Source: Arthrobacter phage Atuin. Taken from it: a stretch of DNA of 24,000 nt. A model generated the notes under the pieces. It did no database searches. It had not been told where the DNA came from and saw only the letters and a program-made list of their open reading frames with translations. The stretch lies in sequence record OK040794.2. One strand, 5' to 3'. A program made the position numbers and the translations under genes. Positions 22,493-24,000 of this stretch are shown here, piece by piece (position 1 is the stretch's first letter; the number at the start of each line of letters is the position of its first letter).

Positions 22493-23692
22493 ATGAAGAA
22501 CCACCGAATGTACCATCTCTCCGAACTGCTAGATCTTGACGAACTGGATCTCCTCATGCAGGAGGGACGGATCGCACGTCAGGTGCATCCTAAGCTCCCC
22601 ATCCACATCCTGAACTACACCGCCAAGGCACAGTTCATGAACAAGTGGACCACCTCGGAGCGTGTCTGTCGAGGTCTGATCCTTGAGGACCACTCGCTCA
22701 ACGTCATTGCCCGTGGTCCGGCCAAGTTCTTCAACTATGGTGATCCTCGTGTACCTCAGGTTAGCTTGGATTCTCTCACTCGCGCAACGGTAAAGCACGA
22801 TGGATCTTTGGGAATCGGCTGGCGCTATGACGGCCACTACGGAATCGCCACACGTGGCTCCTTCATGTCCCCTCAGGCTGTACACGCTACGGGTATGATG
22901 AATGACGACATCGGTAGGAAGATCTTCGAGTCCTCCGAACGGAACTTTACCCGTGTCTTCGAGATCGTCTACCCGGAAAACCGTATTGTTCTAGACTATG
23001 GTGATCGCGATGAACTGATCGAACTCGGTCAGGTGTGGCATAGTGACGGCGTGATCCACTTCCGTCCCAAGGAAATGTTCCGTACCGAAGTCATCTCCCT
23101 TGCTGACGCTTTCCGTCTTCCCGTGTCCGACGACGAAGAGGGCTTTGTCCTCGACGTTCAGCCCGGAAACGGTCACGACGATTTTCACGTCAAGATCAAG
23201 GGAGAAACCTACAAGCTTCTTCATGCCATCCTGACTGAGACCAGCGCACGCCGGATCTGGACACAGCTTGCATGGAGGGCTTGTGAGTCCCTTCTTCCTG
23301 CTGCTGAAGAAGGCTCCGATGCTGCTGAAAAGGTCTGGGCGTTCCGTCTTGGAAACGACCCTGCCGATTTCAAGCGGATCGATACGTCAAAGTCCATTGA
23401 GGAAACCTTCCTTGAGCAGGTACCTGACGAGTTCTACGACTGGGTCACAAAGCAGATTGACAGCATCGAAGACAATGTGTATAGTCTAATAGGTCAGGGC
23501 ATGGTTCTGGCTGACAAGATCAAAGACATGCCTCAGGGCAAAGAACGTCACGACATCGTCAAGGACCACCCGCTCGTGACCGAGATCATCCGTTATGTGG
23601 ACCGTGGAGACGCGTCCGGCATGACTGTCTTGGCATGGAAACTTTCAAAACCCGGAGACGAAACTCCGTTCAAAACCAAGGAAGAGGATTAA
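22493..23692 (+). CDS. RNA-ligase-like protein (nucleotidyltransferase superfamily)
   Basis: RVCRGLILE...ARGPAKFFNYGDP...ATVKHDGSLGIGW (K-x-DG motif I)...ATRGSF...FEIVYPENRIVLDY (motif IIIa-like)...EGFVLDV...FHVKIKGETY (motifs IV/V). Confidence 0.82.
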   Translation: MKNHRMYHLSELLDLDELDLLMQEGRIARQVHPKLPIHILNYTAKAQFMNKWTTSERVCRGLILEDHSLNVIARGPAKFFNYGDPRVPQVSLDSLTRATVKHDGSLGIGWRYDGHYGIATRGSFMSPQAVHATGMMNDDIGRKIFESSERNFTRVFEIVYPENRIVLDYGDRDELIELGQVWHSDGVIHFRPKEMFRTEVISLADAFRLPVSDDEEGFVLDVQPGNGHDDFHVKIKGETYKLLHAILTETSARRIWTQLAWRACESLLPAAEEGSDAAEKVWAFRLGNDPADFKRIDTSKSIEETFLEQVPDEFYDWVTKQIDSIEDNVYSLIGQGMVLADKIKDMPQGKERHDIVKDHPLVTEIIRYVDRGDASGMTVLAWKLSKPGDETPFKTKEED

Positions 23693-24000
23693 TTGAAGAA
23701 GCTTATTGTTGCTGGTATTGTTGCGCTTGGACTGGCCCTCACTGGCTGTGGAGCTAACAACCAGAACAACGGGTACGCCCAAAATGGCGGCTACAGCGAC
23801 CGTGACTGGGACATGAACTACCAGTCTCCGTACAACAACATGATGTACTGTAACAACGGCCCTAACGGTGTTTACTACCCTATGGCTAACGGCTCCTACT
23901 ACTGCGCCTACAACAACGGCCACGGAGTCACCAAGACAAAGGTCACCAAGCGCCCCAAGGTTATCATCCCGCCCAAGAGCCAGCAGAAGGCACCGATCTA
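23693..24000 (+). CDS. Putative lipoprotein, truncated by the window end
   Basis: TTG start overlapping nothing, right after the ligase stop: LKKLIVAGIVALGLALTGCGANNQNNGYAQNGG..., lipobox LTGC; open to 24000. Confidence 0.65.
   Translation, partial: MKKLIVAGIVALGLALTGCGANNQNNGYAQNGGYSDRDWDMNYQSPYNNMMYCNNGPNGVYYPMANGSYYCAYNNGHGVTKTKVTKRPKVIIPPKSQQKAPI

Noticed and set aside
1-24000. CRISPR array, integrase, transposase or attachment site
   Set aside because: No evenly spaced direct repeats and no motif for recombinases or transposases was seen in any listed ORF.

Overview
The window reads as a compact stretch of a tailed-phage genome, probably from a phage of a Gram-positive, actinobacterial-type host. 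That assignment is an inference from gene content and not a database result. Almost everything is on the + strand. Supported content: a staphylococcal-nuclease-like protein; a modular endolysin (M23 + three SH3-like repeats + Amidase_2/PGRP); a secreted NlpC/P60-like hydrolase; a NADAR (YbiA-like) protein; a DnaQ-like exonuclease; eight tRNA genes (Met x2, Asn, Ala, Asp, His, Thr, Cys); a nucleotidyltransferase-fold-like protein; four tandem paralogs of unknown function; a dTDP-glucose-4,6-dehydratase-like enzyme; an rIIA-like GHKL ATPase with an rIIB-like partner; a HAD-like protein; an HNH endonuclease; a lone minus-strand metallophosphoesterase-like protein; a DUF3310 protein; three glycosyltransferase-like proteins; a DUF932 protein; an SPFH/band-7 protein; a TagD-like cytidylyltransferase; an RNA-ligase-like protein; and a truncated lipoprotein. 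The most notable non-coding signals are (i) a recurring extended -10 promoter (TTGnnn-N17/18 ending TGG, then TAnnnT), often overlapped by an inverted repeat, (ii) promoters whose predicted start coincides with the mature tRNA 5' end, and (iii) a short divergent region that may give leaderless mRNAs both ways. No CRISPR array, integrase or transposase was found. The best candidates for undescribed biology are the four-gene paralog array (7090-8512), the NADAR/exonuclease pair, and the nucleotide-sugar/glycosyltransferase set beside SPFH, DUF932 and RNA ligase genes.
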